Below, piece by piece: positions 1 to 11,700 of a DNA stretch of 64,000 nt. Each line of letters opens with the position of its first letter. Within the stretch, counting starts at the first letter, position 1. The notes below the pieces were generated by a model. That model was not told the DNA's origin and did no database searches. It saw nothing but the letters and a program-made list of their open reading frames with translations. The position numbers and the translations under genes are program-made. The stretch spans positions 44,919,860 through 44,983,859 of the forward strand of contig NC_052160.1 of assembly GCF_902713615.1 (NCBI RefSeq). Reading direction: 5' to 3'. This DNA comes from Scyliorhinus canicula. Its lineage: Eukaryota.

Positions 1-1381
1 GTATATTTGGACTTTCAGAAGGCGTTTGACAAAGTCCCGCATAAGAGATTATTGTGCAAAATTAAAGCGCATGGGATTGGGGGAAATGTACTGAGGTGGA
101 TAGAAAACTGGTTGGCAGAGAGGAAACAAAGAGTAGGGATTAATGGGTCCTTTTCAAATTGGCAGGCAGTAACCACAGGGGTACCACAGGGATCGGTGCT
201 GGGACCCCAGCTTTTCACAATATATATTAATGATTTGGATGAGGGAATAAAATATAACATCTCAAAGTTTGCAGTTGATACCAATTTAGGTGGGAGGGTG
301 AAAATGTGACGAGGATGCAGGGATCCTACAGCAAGATCTGGACAGGTTGGGCGAGTGGGCAAACCAATGGCAGATGCGGTATAATTTGGATAAGTGTGAG
401 GTTATTCATTTTGAAAGCAGAAACAGGAAGGCAGATTACTACCTGAATGGTTGTAAATTGGGAGAGGGGAGTGTGCAGCGGGACCTGGGTGTCTTTGTGC
501 ACCATTCTCTGAAGGTAAGCATGCAGGTACAGCAGGCGGTAAAGAAGGCGAATGGTATGTTGGTCTTCATTGCAAGAGGTTTCGAGTATAGAAGTAGGGA
601 TGTGTTGCTGCAATTGTACAGTGCCTTGGTGAGGCCACACTTGGAGTATTGTGTGCAGTTTTGGTCTTCTCTGAGGAAGGATGTTCTTGCTCTCGAGGGA
701 GTGCAGCGAAGGTTTACCAGACTGATCCCAGGGATGGCAGGACTGTCATATGAGGAGAGAGTGACTAGGTCGGTGTTGTTCTCGCTGGAGTTCAGAAGAA
801 TGAGGGGAATCTCATACAGATTTATAAAATTCTAACAGGGCTAGACAGGGTAGATGCAGGGAAGATGTTACCAATGATAGGTGTGTCCAGAACCAGGGGT
901 TACAGCCTGAGGATTCAGGGTAAACCATTTTGGACAGAGATAAGGTTTAGCACAGGGCTAAAGAGCTGGCTTTTAAAGCAGACCAAGGCAGGCCAGCAGC
1001 ACGGTTCAAATTCCCGTACCAGCCTCCCCAAACAGGCGCCGGAATGTGGCGACTTGGGTCTTTTCACAGTAACTTCATTTGAAGTCTTCTTGTGACAATA
1101 AGCAATTTTCATTTTCATAAGGAGACACTTCTTCGCACAAAGAGTGGTGAGCCTGTGGAATTCATTATCACAGGAAGTAGTTGATGCTAAAACTTTGAAT
1201 ATATTCAAGAGGCGGCTGGATATAGCACTTGGAGAGAATGGGAATAAAAGGCTATGGGGAGAAAGCAGGATTAGGCTATTGAGTTGGATGATCAGCCATG
1301 ATCGTGATGAATGGCGGAGCAGGCTCGAAGGGCCAAAAGGCCTACTCCTGCTCCTATCTTCTATGTATCTATGTATGTATC
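1..1381 (+). mobile_element. CR1-clade (HER1-like) LINE 3' fragment, frameshifted RT C-terminus plus 3' tail; split by a SINE at ~944-1117
   Basis: ORFs 7-309 and 347-835 carry [21 protein letters not shown] and LVRPHLEYCVQFW, typical of CR1 RT. Ends in a (CTATGTAT)-like microsatellite tail. Confidence 0.9.
944..1117 (+). mobile_element. tRNA-like SINE with TGTGACAATAA-(ATTTTC)n tail; related copies ~8526-8645(-), ~20978-21080(-), ~33570-33733(+), ~35790-35990(-), ~59769-59956(+)
   Basis: Near-identical dispersed copies with a B-box-like GGTTCRATTCC and a common tail. This copy interrupts the CR1. Confidence 0.8.
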
Positions 1382-2218
1382 TATGGATTGGAAATCCATT
1401 GGACTGGACAGGACTGGTATGTGATGCTTCAGAGGTTAAGTAAGAACTTTATTTATTATATATGCAAAAATGTTCTGAACTTGGGGATTGAGGGAACAAT
1501 ATTGAAATGAGCTGATGCCTGCAAATTGGGAGGCATTGTAAATTAGGCAGATTGTAAAAATCTACAAGGCATTGGTGGGATAATAGGATGAGTAGGTAGA
1601 TGCCAGATTCAGTTTAATGTGGAATATATTGAGGTCAATTATTTTGAATGCACTGATAGGTAAGGGAAATAGTTTTTTGAAAGGCAAGATTTTAACTGGT
1701 ATACTGGAACAGTGGATTTTGCTAATCAGATGCACCTAAAACAAAAATCATGTGATTGTTCATTTATTCACAGCGAGGGGACTTGTGGCGGTTGTTTTGT
1801 GCATGCATTTTAAAATATACTTCCATTGATCATAAAGCACTTTGGGATGTTCCAGGATCTCCTGTACCATTGCTTCTGATGAGTGAGAGGATACTTAATT
1901 GCAATGGAGGAGGCTACTAACCAGGTGTGACCAGCAGATATAACAGGAAGTGTGACATTTACTGTATGCGACATATCTTCTGAGAGTGCAATTTCAGACA
2001 TTGGAGCTATTTCAGACCTGTTTCTTACAATACGCACCACCCTATCTCTGGTATGATCTCAAGCGAGACCATTAATTTGTAAAAACAAATGTGAAAACCT
2101 GGTTATGAACTGAAAGAATTATGCCACAAGGTTTCACATTTTATACAAAAATGTTTTGCAGTACAAAAGTTAAACAAAGCAAAGGCCACTAACTTATTGT
2201 TATATACGTTATATACAA

Positions 2219-2541
2219 GGGCAGCACGGTAGCACAAGAGGCTAGCACTGTGGCTTCACAGCCCCAGGATCCCAGGTTCTATTCCCCGCTGGGTCACTGT
2301 CTGTGTGGAGTCTGCACGTTCTCCCCATGTCTGCGTGGGTTTCCTCCGGATGCTCCGGTTTCCTCCCACAGTCCAAAGACGTGCAGGTTAGGTGGATTGG
2401 CCATGATAAACTGCCCTTAGTGCCCAAAAAGGTTAGGAGTTATTGGGTTACGGGGATAGGGTGGCAGTGAGGGCTTAAGTGGGTCGGTGCAGACTCGATG
2501 GGCCAAATGGCCTCCTTCTGCACTGTATGTTCTCTGTTCTA
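2219..2541 (+). mobile_element. V-domain SINE, HE1 type, with CR1/HER1-like tail; other copies ~13955-14245(+), ~15800-16075(-), 36357-36676(+), ~43253-43596(-), ~61985-62140(-)
   Basis: tRNA-like head GGGCAGCACGGTAGC, V-domain GTGGGTTTCCTCCGGATGCTCCGGTTTCCTCCCAC, tail GATGGGCCAAATGGCCTCCTTCTGCACTGT. Confidence 0.85.
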
Positions 2542-3270
2542 CTTAAGTCCGAAAATCTCATCAGTACACTCCTTGTTCTACTGTTATACTTCGCGTGGTC
2601 TTGAGGGTTTATTAATTTCTCCTGGGACCAAACCAAGGTGTGCTTCAACTCTTAGGAATTCACTTTGATCTTCCTCCCTGTTCCTGTTATTCGTCGAACG
2701 ACGATTTCTTGGAATCCTTCCATTAGCATCCAGCTAGGTGACCCTTCAACTCTCTTTTTAAGGAGCTCATGATTCTGGACACCCAAGTTCAAGTGCGGGC
2801 CTCAGTGCTTTCTTGCTCAGTCACTCCAAAATGAGAAAACCCCTTTGTTTTTTGATACCCCTTTTGCTGCTGGTCCAGAGCTTCTGCCAAATTCTCTCCT
2901 TGCTTCTCAAAGTTGCTCCTCGGACCGAACTATAACTGATGACAGCTTTCTCTTTCTGCGAATTTCCAAGAAGTACCTGCTCTAGTCATAAATTCAATGT
3001 TTGAAAAACCACAACAGATATAACCAAAACTAGTACATCCCTGCATCCCCATGGCAACGTGCCTACCCCCAGGATGTCCAAGATGGAGATTTCAACTAAT
3101 TAACTTCATCTTCCAAAATATGCCCTTTGATCCAAAAAATATATAGATTTTTAAAGACTTTCCCTTGTTTACCAGTCGCTTTCCAATCTTCCTATGATCT
3201 GAGAAATGACATGAATAAGGTAAACATCTCATCTCCACCAAGACTCCCATTATCCAGTATTTTCCGACTT

Positions 3271-3745
3271 TAAAAAATAAATAAGTTTAGAGTACCCAAT
3301 TCATTTTTTTCAATTAAGGGGCAATTCACCTACCCCACACATCTTTGGATTGTGGGGGCAAAACCCAAGCAAACACGGGGAAAATGTGCAAACTTCACAC
3401 GGACAGTGACCCAGAGCCGGGATCGAACCTGGGACCTCGGCGCCGTGAGGCAGTAGTGCTAACTACTGCGCTACCATGCTGCCCTAGTATTTTTCCACTT
3501 TAACCCTGCCTTTAATTTTTTTCAATAATAAATTTAGAGTACCCAATTCATTTTTTCCAATTAAGGGTCAATTTAGCGTGGCCAATCCACCTACCCTGCA
3601 CATCTTTTGGATTGTGGGGGCGAAACCCACGCAAACACAGGGAGAATATGTAAACTCCACATGGACAGTGACCCAGAGCCGGATCAAACCTGGGACCTCG
3701 GTGCCGTGAGCAACTGTGCTAACCACTGTGCCACCATGCTTTCCC
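3271..3745 (-). mobile_element. Two adjacent short A-tailed V-SINEs; more copies at ~6856-7345, 9778-9992, 19266-19391, 20086-20322, 31705-31926, 32829-33070, 35354-35550, 36013-36160, 38953-39183, 40734-40964, 61219-61450, 63293-63463
   Basis: V-SINE head, internally shortened core, tail AATTGGGTACTCTAAATTT(A/T)n. Many copies are flanked by 10-17 bp direct repeats. Confidence 0.85.
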
Positions 3746-5219
3746 TACCCTGCCTTTATTAAATAAAAACAGGCCATCTTTGAATTGCAGTCACTTTAAA
3801 TCTGTTTACCAACCTCACAAACCAGGTGCTTCCATTACCTTATTTTAAAAACTTCAATTCCGAAACTAAATGCTAAATTCCCCGAGTGTCCAAAGATGTG
3901 CAGGTTAGGTTACAGAGATAGGGCAGTGCGGGCTGGGAAGTTGGCCTAGGTAGAGTGTTTTTTTGGAGGGTCGGTGCCGACTCGATGGGCCGAATGGCTT
4001 CCTTCTGCACTGTAGTGAGACTGTGATTCTAAAAGTTATATTTCTAGAACAATGAATCACAAAATTAGACATTTTCACAACACTCTCCCAGCCTCTTCCC
4101 TTGTAATCTTTGTTACTTGCTTCTAAAAATTGTTAAAAGCGATATACAATAATCAATTGGTTACAATCCCTATCTGGACTCATCTATACCTTGGCTCTTG
4201 TTATATTTACCTCTATCTATGAAGCAATTTGGAGCATTTTACTCCATTTAAAGGCACTATAATTAAAGGTTGTGCATAAACACACATCTTACTCTTTACC
4301 AAAAAAGATTTGACATCCAGTCACACAAGGAGACATGAAGATGACCAAAAGCTTGATTTGAAAGAGCATCTTAAAGGAGAAGAGAGAGACAGATTTAGGG
4401 AGGGGACTCAAGGGTTTGAGCTATAAGCAACTGAAGACACAGCTGCCAGCAGTGGGGTGAAGAAAATGCGGAATGCACACAGTTAACCTGCCATAAACTG
4501 GCATGGCCAGAGTTAGAGGAAAATGATGTATCCACTACTTCTGCCCCAAGGTCAGGAAAAAACAGCAGAATATGCCTGGCTGGCTTTTTGGTTTGAAAGT
4601 AAAGCATGATCAGTTCAAACTTTTAAAGACATTAGGTTCCTCAATGTACTGCTCAAGCGAAGTTAACCGATACAAGCAAACCAGATCATACTAAATAAGA
4701 TAAATGTTATTCTGAGGAGGTGAATCGGTCTCAGAGCCACAAAGTTGAATTACTATTCAGTCAATGGATGGTAGGTTCATGGTCAGATGCCACAAAGAAA
4801 TGTTTGGTTTACTTTCTAATAACAAACATTATATGAAAAATCAGTCGCCTCCTGTGTGAATAAGATATTTTGAATTGTGGGTGGCTCATCCATTCATTTT
4901 AAATAATCTTCCTTCTTTTGTTGCATTCAGGGATTTGAGACTAAGGAGCCATAATTCCAAGCTCACTTGCATCAAATTTGGGGGGTACCCCAAAGATGTG
5001 CTGGGGAACCCTTCTCTGAACTTTACAGGTAAGGGTTTGCACAGCATTTTCCCAGAAGTGCAAACTTCTCTGGACAATTGCCCTGCATTGGTAACCACCC
5101 TAAAACACAATTTAAATCTTTAACTTCAGATGGTGCCGCCAGGGTTACACCAATAGTTACTCTAGCCTCTTCTAACTTCTGGATAACTATTGTACTCATC
5201 CAGACCATTCTCCAAGAGA

Positions 5220-5680
5220 CCCTCTTCACCCCCCTCCATGGGGCTCCCACCACATCCCCAACAGAGCTCTTTCCATTTCCACATCCCTAATCCCCCACCC
5301 CCGGGACTCCCCCACATCCCTGGTCCCCACCCCTGGACACACACCCCCCCCCCCTGGACACACCCCCCCCCCCCCCCAACCCAACATCCCCGACCCCTCT
5401 TCTCCCACGGGATTCCCTCCACATTCCCAACCCACCCTTTTACAGGACTCCCGCCATATCCCTGACCTCTTCCCCAAGGGATGCCCCCACATCCATGACC
5501 CCCCCCCCAGGACACCCCTCTACAAACCTGACTATGCACCCAACATTTTTCCAAACCATCCCAACCCCCTCCAAGCATTAGCCCCCACTGCCCTGGCCAC
5601 CCACCCCGTGACCTATCTTGACCACCCGCCCGCGCCCCCCCCCCTCCAAATCTCCAACCGCAGCCCCCCCCGCAGCTAGT
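5220..5680. repeat. C-rich low-complexity tract, probably inside a decayed non-autonomous element
   Basis: Poly-C runs and short CCCTGGACACACA repeats. The Pro/Gly-rich ORFs here are compositional artefacts. Confidence 0.6.
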
Positions 5681-6379
5681 TGAGTTTTAAGGTAGTTGAG
5701 GTTTTAAGAAACAATTGCTGAGGAATGGTACAGCAATGACATAGCAATAAACCAAGTTAAAAATGAGAAAGTCACCAGTGGCTGCCATGCAGCATGCAGA
5801 AACCAGCCTGTCATTGGCTGACCAGACTGAGCATTTTTTGAAATTAAGTCCAGCAAGTTTTGAGGCTGAACCATTATCTGCACTACGAGGACATGGCAGA
5901 CCATTCAAAAATAGCTCACAGGCCACATCCTTGGACAAGCCTGCCCTAGACACTTACCTTCTCTTTGGCCTGTCAATTTCACTACACTGTTTAAACCTAG
6001 CTGTTTTATGGCAGCCAGTGCAGTAAAAAAAAGGGGGTATGGCCTCCTTTAATCCACTGGAGCTGGACTGCACTGGAGCATGCAAGGAGTCTTTTGATGC
6101 ACGCTCCAAGCAGCACTGGCCGTCAAAGGTTTCAGCGCAGTTTTCAAGACCAGGTAAGAAGGTTGGAACAGTTAGACCACAGCATGCAGGTGTGATTCCA
6201 TCTCCATTTTCAAATTGTGCATTTTGTCTCTAGTTTGAACTATTATCTTTGCTTGATTATAGATTAATTATAAAACCTTTTGGGCATCTGGAAGGTGTAA
6301 GTGGATAGGAGATTCAAAACTGAACTGTTCTTCTTGTTCCATTACTGGAGGTATGGGGTAATTACAGAATGACAAGGCG

Positions 6380-6710
6380 GCAAACTTGCATTTATTTTGG
6401 CAGCTCAAAGCGCTTTCCAGCCAATTAATTACTTTTTGAAGTACAGTCACTGTTGTAATGTAGGAAATGTAGTAGCTAATTTGCAGTAGCTATTTTGCGC
6501 TCAGCAAACTCCCGCAAGCAGTAATGTGATATGGGCTAGATAGTCTGTTATTTGTGGTGTGGATTGAAGGATAAATATTGGCCAGGACATCACGGATAGC
6601 TTCCCTACTCATTTCTGAAATAGTTCCAATGGCATCTTTTACGTTCATCCAAGCCTCAGTTAAACCTCCCATCCAGAAGACGGTAGTACTGACAGTGCAA
6701 TGCTCCCAGT
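6380..6710 (-). mobile_element. Deu-domain SINE (SacSINE1/AmnSINE-like); other copies ~32480-33140, ~48170-48580, ~61050-61700, ~63240-63540
   Basis: The minus strand resembles the Deu-domain core as I recall it (GTCCTGGCCAATATTTATCC...TTTCCTACATTACAACAGTGACT). Confidence 0.7.
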
Positions 6711-8059
6711 TATATACACATATTCACACAGGTTGACATTTTTATTGTAAAAGTTGACAGTGTAACATGAAAAGTAGGATTTGTAGACAGCAATTTTGCA
6801 GATACAAGGTCTTTTGAAAATTATATTATGGTTATTGCCCTCTCCCTCCCCTCCTTTTTAAAAAATAAACTTAGAGTACCCAATTATTTTTTCCCCAATT
6901 AAAGGGCAATTTAGCGTGGCTAATCCACCTACCCTGCACGTCTTTGGGTTGTGGGAGGTGAGTCCCATGCAGACACGGGGAGAATGTGCAAACTCCACAC
7001 GGACAGTGGCCCGGGGCCAGTATCGAACAGTGGGTAGCACTGTCGCTTCACAGCACCAGGGTCCCAAGTTCCATTCCCGGTTTGGGTCCGTCTGTGCGGA
7101 GTCTGCACATTCTCCCATGTCTGCATGGGTTTCCTCTGGGTGCTCTGGTTTCCTCCCACAAGTCCCAAAAGACATGCTTGATAGGTGAATTGGGCATTCT
7201 AAATTCTCTCTCCGTGTATCTGCCAGAATGTGGCGACTAAGGGCTTTTCATAACTTCATTGCAGTGTTAATGTAAGCCTACTTGAGACAATAAAGATTAT
7301 TATTATTAAGTCCTCAGCAGCAGAGCTAACCACTGTGCCACCCCATATCCTTTATTTCCAATGCTGAATTTTTAAATCTTACTCAAGTTGTTGCCAACAT
7401 AGTACTTGGAAGGTTTCTGCCTTCAGTTGCATTTCCAGTGACCACCATCTGCCATGATCTAGGCCTAACTGGCTGTGGCCACTATACCTGTAAAAATGGT
7501 GGACGGTATGGGGTGAAGCTAAGAGAGGGAAATAGAGATAGGAGATGGGAGCATGTTTTACAATATAAACTTAAGTGCTGAAATGTACTAACACTAAGGT
7601 GGCCTTGTAGGCTCAAATGTAGAGTATTGCAACTGGAAATTCATCAGGAGGTTAAAAAGCCAATGAACCCACCATTCAGGACTGCTTATGCTATATGTAT
7701 GAATTGCACACTAATGTCAATGGAGATAGGAGAGGGGGAATGGAGGCGAGCATGCAGGTAGAAGTGGCACAAAGAACAAAGGTGGAGTGGGCAGAGGGCA
7801 CATAGGGGGGTATAAATACAGGCAGGCAGAGAGGCAGGAGTGGGCACAGACTAAAGTAGAGCTGGGCTCAGGGAGCAGAGAGAGGGCAAGAGGGTGAGTG
7901 GATAGGAAGTGGGCATGGGGACGGCGATCGAGACTAGGCTTGGGGACTCTTGGTGGAGACTCAGGGTTAAGTATCAGCCGGTAACGAGATGCAGCGGGTC
8001 CCACTTGAATTGACCGCCTTTCAACCTCCGGACTTGCCTTACTGACCCTGGCCTTTACT

Positions 8060-8360
8060 AAGACTTGACCGCCTCCGGCCCAGATGGCCCAAGAAAGATC
8101 TGGACCCGAGGCCGGAGCCGAGCCAGGGCATCGCGTTACCTTCCTCGCCGACGCCGCTCGGGGCCACCACAGGCTGCCTCTCTGCCGTATTCTCGGAATT
8201 CATCAGGACTTCCTCTCCCTTGTCGCAAGGAGCAAAATGGCGGGTTTACGACCTGCCGCCAAGGGTGGAGCCAGCGGAGGATAGTGCGCGCGTTACTGCG
8301 ACTGCGCGGCGCATTGTACACTGGGAGATGTAGTCCATTAACTCTGCGCAACGTGGTCCA
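8060..8360. promoter_or_regulatory. CpG-island housekeeping promoter with YY1 site (8233-8243) and ZNF143/THAP11 SBS-type motif (8311-8336)
   Basis: CAAAATGGCGG matches the YY1 consensus. The minus strand reads GGACTACATCTCCCAGTGTACAATGC (ACTACAnnTCCCA). High CpG density. Confidence 0.75.
8140..8203 (-). CDS. E4F1: First coding exon of a gene divergent from PGP, probably E4F1 (MNSENTAERQPVVAPSGVGEE + phase-1 G)
   Basis: ATG at 8203 in a CpG-rich promoter, 64-nt exon ending at donor GAAG|GTAACG. APSG..EE resembles the human E4F1 N-terminus from memory, and E4F1 is head-to-head with PGP in human. No zinc-finger exon was found in the window, so the name rests largely on synteny. Confidence 0.5.
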
Positions 8361-8772
8361 AGTTATCATTTTCAACCTACTTCAAAATTAGATGTTGAGT
8401 GGGTGGGGATGGGATCTTAGCTAAGTTCCCATGTATGTTTCACACCTGATCAAAATTAATGGGATCGTATGAATTATAGAAGTGGCTATAGAGTTCAATT
8501 GTTCAGATTTTTCTCCTGCATATAAAATGAAATGAAATGAAAATCGCTTATTGTCACGAGTAGGCTTCAATGAAGTTACTGTGAAAAGCCCCTAGTCGCC
8601 ACATTCCGGCGCCTGTCCGGGGAGGCTGGTACGGGAATCGAACAATGACCCTGAGATTAACCCCCACCCCATTAACTGAGCGACTGGGACTGCAAAAACA
8701 TTTGCTGGGCAGGAGGAAAAGTTGAACAGTTTCCATATTTGCTCTTTCAGATGTTATGGTCTGTGTCTCATT

Positions 8773-11700
8773 GGGCAGCATGGTAGCACAGTGGTTAGCA
8801 CAGTTACTTCACAGCTCCAGGGTCCCAGGTTTGTTTCCTGGCTTGGATCACTGTCTGTGCGGAGTCTGCACGTTCTCCCCGTGTCTGCGTGGGTTTCCTC
8901 TGGGTGCTCCGGTTTCCTCCCACAGTCCAAAGATGTGCAGGTTAGGTGGACTGGCCATGCTAAATTGCCCTTCGTGTCCAAAAAGGTTAGGTGGGTGTGG
9001 TAAACACCACTAGTGATATATTGTATGTATTACAGCACTGCCCGTATATTGCAGGTACTACGATAAATCCCTGCCTGCTGGCTCCTCCCAGCAGGCGGTG
9101 TATAAAAGTGTGTGCTCTCCTGCGCTTCTGCCATTCTGGTTCCAGCTGCAGGAGGCACAACATCTTGTGCAATAAAGCCTCGATTGTTTCACCAATCTCG
9201 TCTCGTGGTAATTGACGGTACATCAGTTTATTGCACAAGATTTTTAAAAGATGGACTTCCTAATCAAGCCTGATCGTCTGCAGCTGAACCCTCACGCAGC
9301 CAACGCCACGTCCACCTTCGACCACTGGCTAGCCTGCTTCGAAGACTATCTCAGAGCAGCCACTGAAGAACTCTTGGATCCACAGAAGCTCCATGTCCTC
9401 TACTCACGGGTGAGCCCTGAAATGTTTCCCCTCATCCGGGATGCACCCACCTATTCGGACGCGATGACGCTCCGATGACGCTCCTAAAGGGACATTATGT
9501 TAAACCAGTGAATCAAGTGTACACCAGGCACCTCCTGGCCACGAGATGGCAACTTCCCGGGGAGACTCTGGACGATTTCTTGCAGGCCCTACAGATCCTC
9601 GGTAGGAACTGTGACTGCCAGGCAGTTTCGGCAGTCCAACACACCAAACTATTAATCAGAGACGCTTATGTCATGGGTATGAAGTCAACGTACGCCCGCC
9701 AGCGACTATTGGAAGGGGGTATGCTCGATTTTGCAGAGACTAGGCAGCTTGCTAATTCACTAGAAGTGGCCTCCCGTGGGCACAGTGGGTTAGGCCTGCT
9801 GCCTCACAGCGCCGAGGTCCCAGGTTCGATCCCGGCTCTGGGTCACTGTCCGTGTGGAGTTTGCACATTCTCCCCGTGTCTGCGGGTTTCGCCCCCACAA
9901 CCCAAAGATGTGTAGGCTAGGTGGATTGGCCACGCTAAATTGCCCCTTAATTAGAAAAAATGAATTGGGTACTCTAAATTTATTTTTAAAAAAGATGTGG
10001 CCTCCCATAATCTGGAGGCCTACACCCCCTACCACGCAGCACCCCCGTCGGGATCGTGGGCCCCACCAGCTGCCGACTCCAGCTCACCACAAGCCTGCGG
10101 CACGCGGCAGCCAGTCAACTCTGGGGGGGCCCCCAAGTGTTATTTTTGTGGACAGGGTGAACACCCAAGGCAGTGCTGCCCGCCGCGGAGCGCGACCTGC
10201 AACGGGTGTGGGAAGAAGGGACACTTTTACGTTTGCCAGGCCCGGTCGGTCGCCGCTGTTTCCAGGCCCGGCATTTCTACACCCCCCACGGCGACCCAGG
10301 GGCGCTGCCATCTTTGATGCCGCCCGCCATGTGCGCCCCCTGGGCACTGCCACCTTCGCCATTTTGGCCCGCGCCTCAGGAACCGTGCTCGTCTGGCTGT
10401 TCGCTACCTACTGATACCTCCACCAACGCTGATCAGCCCGGGACCTCCCAGCATCTTCTGCAGCTCGCCTCTATCACCCTGGATCAGTCTCGGCCCCGCA
10501 ACCTCGCGACTGCTACGACGACGGTGAAGCTCAACGGGCACGAGACGACCTGCCTCTTTGACTCCGGGAGCACAGAGAGGTTCATCCACTCTGCTACAGT
10601 AAGGCGCTGCTCCCTCCCGGTACACCCAATCACCCAGAAAATCTCCATGGCCTCCGGATCCCATTCCGTTGAAATCCGGGGTACTGTGTCAAGACCCTCA
10701 CCGTTCAGGGCATTGAGTTCAGCAACCTCAGGCTCTAAGTCCTCCCCCACCTCTGTGCTGCCCTGTTACTAGGCCTTGGACTTTCAATGCCATCTCCAAA
10801 GCCTTACTTTGAAATTCCGCGGGAGGACCCCCCCCCCCCCCCCCCCCCCGCCGTCCGTCTGCGACACTTAAGGTTGATCCACCTTCACTGTTTGCGAACT
10901 TTTGTTCTTTGTTCACCCCGGACTGCAAACCCGTCGCCACCAGGAGCAGATGGTACAGTGCCAGGACAGGACCTTCATCAGGTTGGAGGTCCAACAGCTT
11001 CTGCGGGAGGGGATCATGGAGGCCAGCAACAACCCCTGGAGAGCTCAAGTAGTGAGAGTGAAGAATGGGGAGAAGCACAGGATGGTCATTGACTGCAGTC
11101 AGACCATCAACCGGTACACGCAGCTCGACGCGTACCCCCTCCCATGCATATCTGACATGGTCAATCAGATTGCACAGTATCGAGTCTTCTCCACAGTTGA
11201 CTTGAAGTCCGCCTACCAACAGCTCCCCATCCACCCGGAGGACCGCTAATACACTGGGTTCAAAGCAGATGGCCGCCTCTAACACTTCCTTAGAGTTCCC
11301 TTCGGCGTCACCAATGGGGTCTCGGTCTTCCAGCGAGAGATGGACCGAACGGTTGACCAGTATAGGCTGCGGGTCACCTTCCCGTACCTAGATAATGTCA
11401 CCATCTGCGGGAAGAACGTCAGCAAGAACATGATGCAAACCTCCAAAAATTCCTCCATACCGCCAAACTCCTTAACCTCACATACAATAAGGAAAAATGC
11501 GTGTTCCGCACCAACTGCTTAGCCATCCTTGGCTACGTAGTGGAAAATGGAGTCCTAGGACCCGACCCCGACCGCATGCGTCCCCTCCTGGAACTCCCCC
11601 TCTCCCACTGCGCCAAGGTCCTGAAACGATGCCTGGGGTTTTTCCTCGTATTAAGCCCAGTGGGTCTCGAATTATGCGGACAAGGCCCGCCCACTCATCA

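Noticed and set aside
1810-2040. 76-aa minus-strand ORF as a possible E4F1 exon
   Set aside because: No recognisable homology and no convincing acceptor/donor pair.
2219-2300. tRNA genes at SINE heads
   Set aside because: A/B-box-like heads continue into the V-domain; they are SINEs, not stand-alone tRNA genes.
5162-5578. Pro-rich and Gly-rich ORFs
   Set aside because: Produced by poly-C/G low-complexity sequence; no splice or homology support.
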